Of a DNA stretch of 64,000 nucleotides, positions 1 to 9,387 are shown one piece after another. Source of the DNA: Candidatus Cloacimonadales bacterium. GTDB taxonomy: Bacteria; Cloacimonadota; Cloacimonadia; Cloacimonadales; DAONDQ01. The stretch covers positions 4,160,001-4,224,000 of the forward strand of contig OY759316.1 of the NCBI GenBank assembly GCA_963662275.1, in the 5' to 3' direction. The translations under genes and the position numbers were made by a program. Every line of letters begins with the position of its first letter. Within the stretch, counting starts at the first letter, position 1. The notes under the pieces were generated by a model, which did not search any database, was not told the origin of the DNA, and saw only the letters and a list, made by a program, of their open reading frames with translations.

Positions 1-229
1 ACTGAATAACTTCTCCCACGATAGGAGAGAACTTAGCCAATGCACCGCAACGGAGATAATCACCATAGGAAAATCCCCCTGGTAGTATTACCAGATCAGG
101 TTTTTGGAGATCATGATCTTTATGCCAAATCAGGACAGGATGCCAATCCTGGAGTTCTGCTGCATGATAAGCATCATGATCACAATTTGAACCTGGAAAT
201 TGGATGATACTCACACGTATATTAGCCAT
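1..229 (-). CDS. purQ: Phosphoribosylformylglycinamidine synthase subunit PurQ (5' part; runs off window start)
   Basis: Not in ORF track. Manual translation from ATG at 229: MANIRVSIIQFPGSNCDHDA...LVILPGGFSYGDYLRCGALAKFSP (FPGSNCD and PGGFSYGDYLR motifs); overlaps purS stop. Confidence 0.93.
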   Translation of the reverse strand, partial: MANIRVSIIQFPGSNCDHDAYHAAELQDWHPVLIWHKDHDLQKPDLVILPGGFSYGDYLRCGALAKFSPIVGEVIQ

Positions 230-476
230 TTTCTCTCACGATTTCATAGACATATACTTCTGTATTCGGATTTGCCAGCACTTTATTACATATTGCTTCC
301 ACTTCTTCAGAGATAACCCCGTCATCTGCATCTTCAAAGAACATTTCCATGTATTTGCTGATGCGCGTTTCCTGAACATTCGCATAGCCCAGGTTATGAA
401 GCACATTCGTGACAGCAGCCCCTTGTGGATCTAAAACGCTGGGTTTTAAAGTTACATATATCTTCACTTTTACCAT
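222..476 (-). CDS. purS: Phosphoribosylformylglycinamidine synthase subunit PurS
   Basis: VTLKPSVLDPQGAAV...LANPNTEVY motifs; directly upstream of purQ; start trimmed to MVKVK. Confidence 0.93.
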   Translation of the reverse strand: MVKVKIYVTLKPSVLDPQGAAVTNVLHNLGYANVQETRISKYMEMFFEDADDGVISEEVEAICNKVLANPNTEVYVYEIVRENG

Positions 477-491
477 TTGATATCCCATATT

Positions 492-1106
492 TTAGGATTT
501 GATAATCACTGGTTTAGATAATTCGCAAAGGATAGTTTCACCAGCTTTCACAATATCTCCATTTTTTATTGGAATTGGTTGAGACAGGATACTTTCATTA
601 AATCTCAATGTCACATTGAATGTACCTAGCATCAATCCTAATAAACTGCCCATGACTTTTCCATGATCATGAAAGAATATCGGAGTTTTTTCCCCGAAAC
701 TCATTTGTATCTCATGATTTCCATAGCTAATCTCTATCTCTGAATCAATTACTTTCTCCTGTATATCAATCGGACATCTCAGTTCAATTGGATCAAAGAA
801 GGATTTATTGATTCGTATCTTGATCATTCCATTGCTTTGTTCAACAGAAATCACTTTTCCATGAACCGGAGAAACAATTACATTATCCTGTTCTGGTATG
901 GCAGGATTGCCAATACGATATAGGAATATAACAGCCAGGTATGCAACAAGTGATAGACCCATCAGTATTGATATGTATGGTATTTGAATCCTACCCAACT
1001 TAAGAATAAACCCTAATACTATGATGATAATGGGTAACAACGCAGTCTTATACTTTTGAAACTGCCATTGTCGAATGCAATTCATCGGCATTATTTTATC
1101 TATCAT
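492..1106 (-). CDS. Phosphatidylserine decarboxylase-like membrane protein (catalytic motifs degenerate)
   Basis: Two N-terminal TM helices, IVSPVHGKV and GDIVKAGETIL resemble PSD; no DVH His and no FGS cleavage motif. Confidence 0.6.
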   Translation of the reverse strand: MIDKIMPMNCIRQWQFQKYKTALLPIIIIVLGFILKLGRIQIPYISILMGLSLVAYLAVIFLYRIGNPAIPEQDNVIVSPVHGKVISVEQSNGMIKIRINKSFFDPIELRCPIDIQEKVIDSEIEISYGNHEIQMSFGEKTPIFFHDHGKVMGSLLGLMLGTFNVTLRFNESILSQPIPIKNGDIVKAGETILCELSKPVIIKS

Positions 1107-2401
1107 TCTAATACTCCCGTTCTTTTTAGTAGAAAATCTACATGTCTCCGATATCGATCATCGGAAAAGATTTCTTTGATCTCCTGCTCATTTAAATATC
1201 CCAATATCTCTATATCATTTAAGATAAGATCTAGAAATGGCTTCTTTGTTTCATAGCATTCCATGGCATTGCGTTGAACTATGGAATAAGCATCTTCGCG
1301 ATTAACACCCTTTTGAGCAAGGGCAAGCAATACTCCCTGCGAATAGATCAGACCATGTGTCAATTCAAGATTTTTCCTCATCTTATCCGGGTAAACAGTT
1401 AGACGGTCTACCAGATCAATCATCTTAACCATCATATAATGAAGCAATATTGTCGAATCAGGTAATATGATACGTTCAACAGATGAATGACTGATATCCC
1501 GCTCATGCCATAAAGCGTTATCTTCAAATGCAGCCATGGCATTGCTCCGTAAGAGTCTTGCCAAACCGCATATTTGTTCTGATACAATAGGATTACGTTT
1601 ATGAGGCATCGCAGATGAGCCTTTTTGACCTTGACTGAAGTTCTCTTCCACTTCAGCTACTTCTGTTCTCTGTAAATGACGTATTTCCATTGCGATTTTT
1701 TCTACTGTGGAACCGATGATCGCAATACATGAAAGAAACTCTGCATGCCGGTCTCGCTGAATTACTTGTGTCGATATTTTCACAGGCTGCAAATCCAAAT
1801 ACTTACAAGTAAGTTCTTCCACTTTGGGTGATATATGTGCATAATTTCCAACAGCTCCTGAAAGCTGTCCTACACTGATGCTTGTAATTGCCTGTTTCAT
1901 GCGTTGAATATTGCGTTGCATTTCATCATACCATAAGGCAAATTTCAATCCGAATGTTGTTGGTTCTGCGTGAATACCATGAGATCGACCTATCGTCATA
2001 ACGTAGCGATATTCTTTGGATTTATGACGAAGTATTTCGGAAAAACGATACATTTCAGCAAGTATCAGTTCTCCTGCCTGTTTTAACTGCAAGGCAGTAG
2101 CGGTATCCAAGATATCGGATGAAGTGATTCCATAATGAATCCACCTGGAGGCAGGACCAACATATTCTGCTACATTCGTAAGAAAGGCAATCACGTCATG
2201 CCTGGTTACTTCTTCGATTTCCAATACTCGATCTGGATCGAAATCCGCTTTCTCCAGTATCACTTTCAAATCGCTATCGGGGATGATGCCGATTTGATTC
2301 ATCGCCTTACACGCAGCAAGCTCTACATCCAGCCAAGTCTGGTAACGATTCGTCAAATCCCATACTTTCCCCATCTCGGGACGTGTATAACGTTCAATCA
2401 T
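1103..2401 (-). CDS. purB: Adenylosuccinate lyase
   Basis: MIERYTRPEM, RSHGIHAEPTTFG, GSSAMPHKRNP signature. Confidence 0.97.
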   Translation of the reverse strand: MIERYTRPEMGKVWDLTNRYQTWLDVELAACKAMNQIGIIPDSDLKVILEKADFDPDRVLEIEEVTRHDVIAFLTNVAEYVGPASRWIHYGITSSDILDTATALQLKQAGELILAEMYRFSEILRHKSKEYRYVMTIGRSHGIHAEPTTFGLKFALWYDEMQRNIQRMKQAITSISVGQLSGAVGNYAHISPKVEELTCKYLDLQPVKISTQVIQRDRHAEFLSCIAIIGSTVEKIAMEIRHLQRTEVAEVEENFSQGQKGSSAMPHKRNPIVSEQICGLARLLRSNAMAAFEDNALWHERDISHSSVERIILPDSTILLHYMMVKMIDLVDRLTVYPDKMRKNLELTHGLIYSQGVLLALAQKGVNREDAYSIVQRNAMECYETKKPFLDLILNDIEILGYLNEQEIKEIFSDDRYRRHVDFLLKRTGVLE

Positions 2402-2413
2402 TTTTCCCTCACA

Positions 2414-3079
2414 TTAACGCACTTCAGCGGGAAGAGTTGCCAATGAATCACAACAGGAAGTATTCACAAATTGTTCTACCTGCATTCTAATATTACCAAG
2501 TTTGTTGATCTCTATATTGATTACACTTGGCTCGTTATTCCGATATTGAATCATAATATTCTGCTTTTTGTCTTGAGATATGATTTGAGATAGCTGCATA
2601 TTCTTGAAAAATCTAAACTCAAATGTCCCTATTGTGGTTTTACCGGTCGATACAATCTCCGGCATTTTATCTTTTAATACGGTTTTAAAATCAAGATAAT
2701 GAGATAAATTCGACTGTTTAAAACCAGACCTGTTGAACATAGATTGAATCATATCCCGATAAGGAGATTCTATCGTAAGAAGCGAATCGACTTTAATACT
2801 AACAAACGGTGCAGGTTCTGCACCAAGTAAACCGCTATTAACTAAATCAAATTGTACTGAATGAGTGTACTTCTGGCAAATGAAATACTTGCGAATAACA
2901 AATGAAGATATACTGATTTCAGCCATGCCTTCCATGTGAAAACTCTGCCATTTATTGATTTCATTCTCCAGTTGCACCTGGGGCGATATTTTTGTATTAT
3001 TCAGTGCACAGGAAGAGAGCAGAATCATACACACAAAAATGGTTGCTGAGATAAGAGTTCTTTGTATCTTTTTACGCAT
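2414..3079 (-). CDS. Hypothetical lipoprotein
   Basis: Basic N-terminus, hydrophobic stretch and lipobox LLSSC; start trimmed to MRKKIQ, overlapping lgt stop. Confidence 0.7.
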   Translation of the reverse strand: MRKKIQRTLISATIFVCMILLSSCALNNTKISPQVQLENEINKWQSFHMEGMAEISISSFVIRKYFICQKYTHSVQFDLVNSGLLGAEPAPFVSIKVDSLLTIESPYRDMIQSMFNRSGFKQSNLSHYLDFKTVLKDKMPEIVSTGKTTIGTFEFRFFKNMQLSQIISQDKKQNIMIQYRNNEPSVINIEINKLGNIRMQVEQFVNTSCCDSLATLPAEVR

Positions 3080-3893
3080 TTTGCTTACCATGAGCTGAAT
3101 AAATGACATACAGACCAATGATACCTGAAATAATCATAAGTGAACTCAATAATTGACCTTGGGTCAAGGGCAGAAAACCGTATAATAAACCGTTTTGATA
3201 AATGGAAATCTTGTCTGGCTCCCGAACGAATTCTATCAGGATTCTGAATATGCCATAGAGAATAAAAAATATCCAGAAGATTGATCCATCTCTCAGTTTT
3301 TTATGAAGAAGCCATTGACTCACAGCAAATAAGACAAATCCCTCCAGGAATAGCTCATAAAGTTGGGATGGATGACGTGGTAATTCATCTGCGTTTGGGA
3401 ATATCATACCCCAGGGTAAATTTGTTGGCTTCCCGAACAACTCACCATTAATAAAATTACCTAATCTGCCAAGTCCAAGACCAATCGCAATGAATGGCAT
3501 TGCCGGATCAGATAATTTTAAAAAGCTGAATTTATTCTTTCGACAAAAAAGCCAGGTAGACAATACAACACCTAACGCTCCCCCGTGAAAAGACATCCCC
3601 CCTTCCCAAACAGAAAATATATGTATTGGATTGGATAAATAATAAGGTAAACCGTAAAAAAGAATGTAGCCTAATCTGCCTCCAATTATCACACCAAGCA
3701 TAATGACAAAGAGATAGTTTTCATATTGATCACGAGTCATCGTGATGTTCTTTAATTTGAGATTGTTGCGATAGAATGTATATCCTATGATAAAACCAAC
3801 AACATAAAGAAAACCATACCAGGTTACTGCCAGATGAAGACCGAAAATATGAATCGGCAGGATTTCAGGATTAATGGAAGGATATTGTATCAT
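3072..3893 (-). CDS. lgt: Prolipoprotein diacylglyceryl transferase
   Basis: WYG, GGRLGY, GGMSFHGG, GRLGNFINGELFG, HPSQLYE motifs. Confidence 0.97.
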   Translation of the reverse strand: MIQYPSINPEILPIHIFGLHLAVTWYGFLYVVGFIIGYTFYRNNLKLKNITMTRDQYENYLFVIMLGVIIGGRLGYILFYGLPYYLSNPIHIFSVWEGGMSFHGGALGVVLSTWLFCRKNKFSFLKLSDPAMPFIAIGLGLGRLGNFINGELFGKPTNLPWGMIFPNADELPRHPSQLYELFLEGFVLFAVSQWLLHKKLRDGSIFWIFFILYGIFRILIEFVREPDKISIYQNGLLYGFLPLTQGQLLSSLMIISGIIGLYVIYSAHGKQNA

Positions 3894-3992
3894 GGATTTA
3901 CTCCACAGTTAAAATGTGGCACTCTAATTCAGAGCGTGGTATATCTTATTTATCAACATTGCCTATCACACACTCGATTACAATCCTCCAGT

Positions 3993-4775
3993 TCAAGGCA
4001 TGATCTTTTTCAAGTGTTCGATGATCTTTGCTACTGCAGCATCCGGTTCACCTTCAAACTTCTCACCATGCTTTTCCAGTTTAGGGGAAAAGATGCTGAC
4101 TACTTGAGTGGGAGAGCCATTCAAACCTACATCTTTCTCATCAAGATTCAGATCAGTGCAATTCCACACTTTCATTTCCACAGATTTCGCTTGTTTTTTT
4201 CCACGTAAAGAGGGTAAGCGTGGTGAATTTATTTCCTTAACGACAGTGATAACCGCTGGTAACGGCACTTCCAAACGATCATATCCATCTTCCATCAAAC
4301 GTTGAACAACCAAGGTTCCGTTGTTATAATTTTCAATCTTTCGAATAAAGCATGTTTGAGGTAAATTCAGATGGGCTGCAATTCCTGGACCTACTTGTGC
4401 GGTATCACCATCGATAGCCTGTTGCCCGGCAAAAATGATGTCATATTCACCAATTTTACGAATTGCTGCGGCTAATGTATAGCTTGTTGCCCAAGTATCA
4501 GCACCTGCGAATTTACGATCAGATAAAAGAATGATTTCATCCACACCAAGAGAAACCGATTCCCGCAGTGCTTCTTCCACCTGTGGAGGTCCCATGCTAA
4601 TTGCAATAACCTTACCACCATGAAGTTCCTTCATGCGGATTGCTTCCTCAATTGCATAGAGATCGAATGGATTGAGGATGCTTTCTACTCCTTCGCGGAT
4701 GAGTGTATTGGTAACCGGATCTATCTTAATTTCTGTCGTGTTGGGTACTTGTTTTAAACATACAATGATATTCAT
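3993..4775 (-). CDS. etfB: Electron transfer flavoprotein beta subunit
   Basis: MNIIVCLKQVP, NPFDLYAIEEA, GADTWATS, GQQAIDGDTAQVGP. Confidence 0.95.
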   Translation of the reverse strand: MNIIVCLKQVPNTTEIKIDPVTNTLIREGVESILNPFDLYAIEEAIRMKELHGGKVIAISMGPPQVEEALRESVSLGVDEIILLSDRKFAGADTWATSYTLAAAIRKIGEYDIIFAGQQAIDGDTAQVGPGIAAHLNLPQTCFIRKIENYNNGTLVVQRLMEDGYDRLEVPLPAVITVVKEINSPRLPSLRGKKQAKSVEMKVWNCTDLNLDEKDVGLNGSPTQVVSIFSPKLEKHGEKFEGEPDAAVAKIIEHLKKIMP

Positions 4776-4782
4776 CTCTCAC

Positions 4783-5889
4783 CTATGCATGATAAAAATT
4801 ACGAATCTCATGTACAACATACTCTTTTTGGTCATCCGTGAGGGCTGCGTCTATTGGAATGGATAATACTTTTCCGGTAGATGCTTCTGAAACTGGAAGA
4901 TCACCTTTCTTGTACCCTAAATCTGCAAAACATTCCTGGAGATGCAATGAAAGTGGATAATAGATCGCATTCCCTATTTCATGCTCATGTAGATGCTTCA
5001 TTAAACCATCACGGTTTTCCGCAGCTAATGTAAACTGATTAAAAATCGAATAAGCTTTCGAGTGAATAACGGGTAACTTTATTTGCTGAATATCGGATAA
5101 ATGCTTGAAATAATACTCCGCATTATGCCTTCTCGCCTCTGACCAGCCCTGCAAATAATCCAGTTTTACGGATAATATTGCTGCCTGGAGTGAATCAAGT
5201 CGACTATTAAGCCCTACCCATTTATGTATATATTTGGGATTCTCACCATGAACTCGAAGTTGGAAAAGCTTTGCTGCCAAGTCATCATTATTTGTGATGC
5301 ACATTCCCCCATCACCCATCGCTCCCAAGTTTTTACTGGGGAAAAATGACAATGTTCCAATATCACCGATGGTTGCTGACATCTTATCGCCAAAATTACT
5401 GCCTATGCCTTGGGCATTATCTTCAATCACAGAGAGATGATGTTTCTTGGCAATCTCCATGATTGCATCCATATCCGCCGGTTGACCAAACAGATGGACA
5501 GGCATGATTGCTTTCGTATTTGAAGTTATCGCAGCTTCGATAAGTGTAGCATCTATATTGTAAGTATTTGGATTAATATCCACAAATACTGGCTTGGCAT
5601 TACAACGATGAATGGAACCAGCGGTCGCAAAGAACGTGAAAGGAGTCGTGATCACTTCATCTCCTTCCCCTATCCCGAGAGCTTTGATTGCTAGAATTAA
5701 AGCATCCGTTCCAGAGGCGCAACCTATTGCATGTTTCGCTCCATGATAAGCAGCCATTTTGTTTTCAAAAGCTTTCACCTGCGGACCTAAAATATACTGA
5801 TGAGTATCCAGTACCTGATTTATCTCTTGTTTGATTTTTTCAAGTATCGGTATGTATTGCGCATGTAAATCCAATAATGGAACTTTCAT
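4783..5889 (-). CDS. DegT/DnrJ/EryC1/StrS family PLP-dependent nucleotide-sugar aminotransferase
   Basis: SGTDAL, FTFFATAG, EDNAQ, SFFPSKNLGAMGDGG. Confidence 0.93.
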   Translation of the reverse strand: MKVPLLDLHAQYIPILEKIKQEINQVLDTHQYILGPQVKAFENKMAAYHGAKHAIGCASGTDALILAIKALGIGEGDEVITTPFTFFATAGSIHRCNAKPVFVDINPNTYNIDATLIEAAITSNTKAIMPVHLFGQPADMDAIMEIAKKHHLSVIEDNAQGIGSNFGDKMSATIGDIGTLSFFPSKNLGAMGDGGMCITNNDDLAAKLFQLRVHGENPKYIHKWVGLNSRLDSLQAAILSVKLDYLQGWSEARRHNAEYYFKHLSDIQQIKLPVIHSKAYSIFNQFTLAAENRDGLMKHLHEHEIGNAIYYPLSLHLQECFADLGYKKGDLPVSEASTGKVLSIPIDAALTDDQKEYVVHEIRNFYHA

Positions 5890-5941
5890 TTGTTCTCCTC
5901 TCGATCTAGCCTGGGTTAACCTGATGACCTTGATTTATTTA

Positions 5942-7375
5942 TTATTTAGTTAAACTCTGAACAGCAAACAGGATCGTAACGATTTGGGAAGTGATCAGTA
6001 ATGTTTCCTTGAATAAATCCCAGTTGGTTCTGTCAGATTTTGAGGGAATAAAGATCATATCTCCAGTGTATAATCTCGTGTTCTTATCCGGTTTGATCCA
6101 GTTTCCGGAAAAAGCCCTGATAATACGAATTTTCCCTTTGTCTGCATTCCAATTGTATCCACCTGCTTTATCTATATAACTTGACCAGGTCATTGAAGGT
6201 GACCAGTCGTAAACTCCCGGTGTTTCTACTTGACCTAGTAATGTCACAGTTCTACTGACTTGAGGAACATGGATAATATCATTATCATGCATGAAGATAT
6301 CCAATGTTTTATCCTGCGTTGTCCATAACTTTTCGACATTTGTGGCAATCAGCCCCACAGGTTGCCTAATCTTCATGCGGAGATAGTCTTCATCTGATTT
6401 ATTTGTAACCACGTATTTTTGCAACTGCAGGAAGCTGAAAGCTGGATCATATGCTGATTTACGGATACTATTGAATGCCTGGGCATTACGTAAATCTGCC
6501 TTATCGGTTGGACCACCGCAACGACGTAATAATTCCAACAAAGATATTGAATCCTGTATAGCGTAAGTTCCTGGATATTTGACTTCTCCAGTGACTGAAA
6601 TACTTCTATCCGTGTGATAGTCTGCACGAGTACCAAATTCTATGCGGTCTCCATCCTGGAGCTGAATACTTGAGCCTGGCATCAAGTGGAGCACATCGGA
6701 CTTAGGAATCGTTAGCGTCGTTATTGACCGCCCATCGTCCTGGTAGCGATAAAGATAAACTCGATCCGGATCTGTCTCAGGTTTGATGCCTTGTGCTAAT
6801 TCCAGGATATCTCCTAGAGTCTCTTTTTCACTGATTTCATACTTCCCCGGCTGATATACTGCACCATCAATTGTAACCTGCATCTTGATAGGAAGAAGAA
6901 TGATGACATCCCCATCTTCTAAAAAAGGATTTTGGGATGTGTCACCGAGACGTATAAACCGGAAAACATCGAGGATTGTATCCTTTCCCTTTCTCCTGAG
7001 AATAACCTTCCTTAATGAAGAATCATAATCAAAAAGCAGAATTGATTCAGCGACTTGAACATACTGTTCTTCCTGGTTATTCTTGGCTTTATTGTCAGTT
7101 AAGTTCGCTTGTGCTTTCACTGGTTCATTTTGAGTCATGGTAATCAGGCTGGCTTTATAAATAGCATCAGTTACTCGGTTCATGTTAGTCAGATAGTATG
7201 AACCTGGATTCTTAACCTTACCGGACACAGATACATTGATTGGTATCGCTGCCCCGGAAACTGCATTCAATTTGCTTAGATCAACCTGTGCCAACAAAGT
7301 TGTACTGATGAGGAACAAAATAAAAAGAATGATTCTACATGTTGAATGAAACAATCTGTTATTGAAATCTATCAT
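5942..7375 (-). CDS. SLBB-repeat polysaccharide export protein (Wza/KpsD-like)
   Basis: Signal peptide; repeated V.V.G.V..PG.Y SLBB motifs; amphipathic C-terminal helix. Confidence 0.85.
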   Translation of the reverse strand: MIDFNNRLFHSTCRIILFILFLISTTLLAQVDLSKLNAVSGAAIPINVSVSGKVKNPGSYYLTNMNRVTDAIYKASLITMTQNEPVKAQANLTDNKAKNNQEEQYVQVAESILLFDYDSSLRKVILRRKGKDTILDVFRFIRLGDTSQNPFLEDGDVIILLPIKMQVTIDGAVYQPGKYEISEKETLGDILELAQGIKPETDPDRVYLYRYQDDGRSITTLTIPKSDVLHLMPGSSIQLQDGDRIEFGTRADYHTDRSISVTGEVKYPGTYAIQDSISLLELLRRCGGPTDKADLRNAQAFNSIRKSAYDPAFSFLQLQKYVVTNKSDEDYLRMKIRQPVGLIATNVEKLWTTQDKTLDIFMHDNDIIHVPQVSRTVTLLGQVETPGVYDWSPSMTWSSYIDKAGGYNWNADKGKIRIIRAFSGNWIKPDKNTRLYTGDMIFIPSKSDRTNWDLFKETLLITSQIVTILFAVQSLTK

Positions 7376-7404
7376 GCAATCCTGCCTGTATCAAATCGTC
7401 CTGG

Positions 7405-8364
7405 TTATTCTTCATAGAAATCGATAATTCTTTTGATAATTGTATTTAAGTTATGTTTAGGTTTATAACCTATGAATTTCTCCAATTTGCTCAAATCCGG
7501 CATCCGACGTCTCATATCTTCAAAACCTTCTTCAAAAGCATCTTCATAAGCCATGTATTCAATTTTTGACTTGCTTTTTGTCATTGTTTTAATTTTTTCG
7601 GCTAATTCAGTAATCGTAATCTCTTCGTTATTTCCAACATTGAATATCTCACCTTCACACTTGGGATCTAACATCAGCTTGATAAAAGCATCAATAACAT
7701 CAGCTACATCAGCAAAACATCTTGATTGTTTTCCATCCCCATAAATAACCAATGGCTGACCTAATAAAGCGCTTTTTACAAATTTCGGAACCACCATCCC
7801 ATATTGACCTGTTTGTCGTGGACCTACCGTATTAAAACAACGGACGATTACCACGGGAAGTTTCTTCTCCCGAAAAAAAGCCAGGGCAAGAAATTCATCC
7901 ACTGCTTTTGAACAACTATAGCCCCACCGACTGATGTATGTAGTACCAAGAAGACGATCATCATCTTCAGAGAAAGGGACTTTTTCGCTTTTCCCATATA
8001 TTTCCGAAGTGGATGTAATCAGTACCTTGCATTTGTATTTGTTTGCCAAATCCAGTACGTTTTCTGTACCAATGATGTTGGTACGAAGTGAAGATAAAGG
8101 ATTTTCTATGATATACTTTACCCCCACTGCTGCAGCCAGATGATAAATTTGTTGCGTTTGTGAGACTAAGTTTTCCAATACTGCTTTATCTAAGATACTT
8201 CCGATAACACAGGTGAAATTCTTGTTTTGCTTCAAATGTTCAATATTTTCTAAACATCCTGTTGATAGGTTATCAATAATTGTTACAATATGTCCATTGT
8301 TTAATAACTTTTCTGCCAGATGTGAGCCTATGAAACCTGCACCACCCGTAATTAACACCTTCAT
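7405..8364 (-). CDS. NAD-dependent nucleotide-sugar epimerase/dehydratase (extended SDR)
   Basis: TGGAGFIGSH, STSEIYG, YSCSK (YxxxK), FNTVGPRQ. Confidence 0.93.
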   Translation of the reverse strand: MKVLITGGAGFIGSHLAEKLLNNGHIVTIIDNLSTGCLENIEHLKQNKNFTCVIGSILDKAVLENLVSQTQQIYHLAAAVGVKYIIENPLSSLRTNIIGTENVLDLANKYKCKVLITSTSEIYGKSEKVPFSEDDDRLLGTTYISRWGYSCSKAVDEFLALAFFREKKLPVVIVRCFNTVGPRQTGQYGMVVPKFVKSALLGQPLVIYGDGKQSRCFADVADVIDAFIKLMLDPKCEGEIFNVGNNEEITITELAEKIKTMTKSKSKIEYMAYEDAFEEGFEDMRRRMPDLSKLEKFIGYKPKHNLNTIIKRIIDFYEE

Positions 8365-8384
8365 TTTTCCACCTTATATTTGGA

Positions 8385-8540
8385 AAGTTCGAAGTTCGTA
8401 TTCGAAGTTCGAAACAAATCAAAGATTTTTTAGCATAATATCCATGTTTTCTAGAATATAGCTAAGTTTCGTAAACTGCTTTTTTGTCAATGGAATTATC
8501 TGCACGAAGTTCGAAGTTCGAACTTCGAAGTACGAACTTC
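8385..8540. repeat. GAAGTTC/GAACTTC heptamer arrays (8385-8413; palindromic array 8506-8540)
   Basis: aagttcgaagttcgtattcgaagttcgaa and gaagttcgaagttcgaacttcgaagtacgaacttc read directly. Confidence 0.85.
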
Positions 8541-8634
8541 CCAGAAAACAGGTTTCCGCTACGGGAGATGAAAAAGGGTGGCAAATTCCCTTTTGCCACA
8601 TGCAAAATTGGAGTTTGGCATCCCAGTTTTCATG
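8534..8634 (-). repeat. Short copy of the dispersed intergenic element (family A)
   Basis: Minus strand reads CATGAAAACT...TTTCATCTCCCGTAGCGGAAACCTGTTTTCTGGGAAGTTC, the same ends as copies at 10.4, 23.4, 39.3 and 40.4 kb. Confidence 0.7.
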
Positions 8635-8639
8635 TGAAG

Positions 8640-8828
8640 TCAATAATTTGAAATGATATCCGCTGTTGATTTTCCTCTTCTTGCAGATCTATAATTTGCT
8701 CTAACGGATGTCGAACAACGAATAAGTTGCTTAGTAATGATTAAAGATTCTTGAGTTTTAGGTAATGTAAAACTGTATTTTACTACATCGATTGCTATTC
8801 ATTTAGTCCTATCTCATAAAGCATACAT
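8640..8828 (-). pseudogene. Four-helix-bundle protein (TIGR02436-like) pseudogene
   Basis: GGAGG RBS, then MYAL*DRTK*IAIDVVKYSFTLPKTQESLIITKQLIRCSTSVRANYRSARRGKSTADIISNY*; two internal TGA codons, 3' half missing; resembles KQLLRSGTSIGANIEEA of 35605..35973. Confidence 0.85.
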
Positions 8829-8895
8829 ACGACCCTCCATAATTCATTAAATTATCATATTCTAAATGTGAACTCTTACTCTGAAGCCTCTTTCT

Positions 8896-8937
8896 TCACT
8901 TCTACTTCGTACTTCGAACTTCACACTTCGTACTTCT
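8896..8937. repeat. Heptamer array (GAAGTNC on minus strand) starting at the ThrE_2 stop codon
   Basis: tcacttctacttcgtacttcgaacttcacacttcgtacttct. Confidence 0.8.
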
Positions 8938-9387
8938 CTAGAGCCTTCTCTTCAAATCCTGGAAAATATTAGCAAAAGTAGAAACTACAGCAATTCCTAT
9001 AGATATTGTCCCCGCTATCAGCAATGCCTGCATCGACAATCTCATCGCTTTCATGAAATTTCCCTGCACATATTGAGACATGGCATAATAGATTACACTT
9101 CCGGGAACAAGGGGAATAATTCCACATACAACGAAGACCGTAATTGGTACTCTGAATATTCTTCCCAAAACTTCTGAATAAATAGCAACAATCAGTGCTC
9201 CGATGAATGTAGAGAGAAGTAATGCATGAGTTTGATGGAGAACATAGAGGTAGCACCCCCAGCTTACAGCACCACCCAAACTGGTAAATAATAATTTCCA
9301 CCCTCGAATATTACTTCCTATGGCAAAGCCAAATGTACCCATCGTAGCAAAAAGTGTTTGGAGGAGGAATTTGGTTTCAAACATCAT
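8938..9387 (-). CDS. Threonine/serine exporter family small subunit (ThrE_2/YjjB-like)
   Basis: Hydrophobic; GIIPLVPGS motif; TAATG coupling to upstream ThrE gene. Confidence 0.88.
   Translation of the reverse strand: MMFETKFLLQTLFATMGTFGFAIGSNIRGWKLLFTSLGGAVSWGCYLYVLHQTHALLLSTFIGALIVAIYSEVLGRIFRVPITVFVVCGIIPLVPGSVIYYAMSQYVQGNFMKAMRLSMQALLIAGTISIGIAVVSTFANIFQDLKRRL

Noticed and set aside
8419..8643. 74-aa ORF
   Set aside because: Runs through a family A element and heptamer arrays; no protein features
8640..8828. TGA recoding (Trp/Gly/Sec) rescuing the four-helix ORF
   Set aside because: TGA ends conserved genes here (etfB, M42 peptidase, fmt), and the ORF is also 3'-truncated
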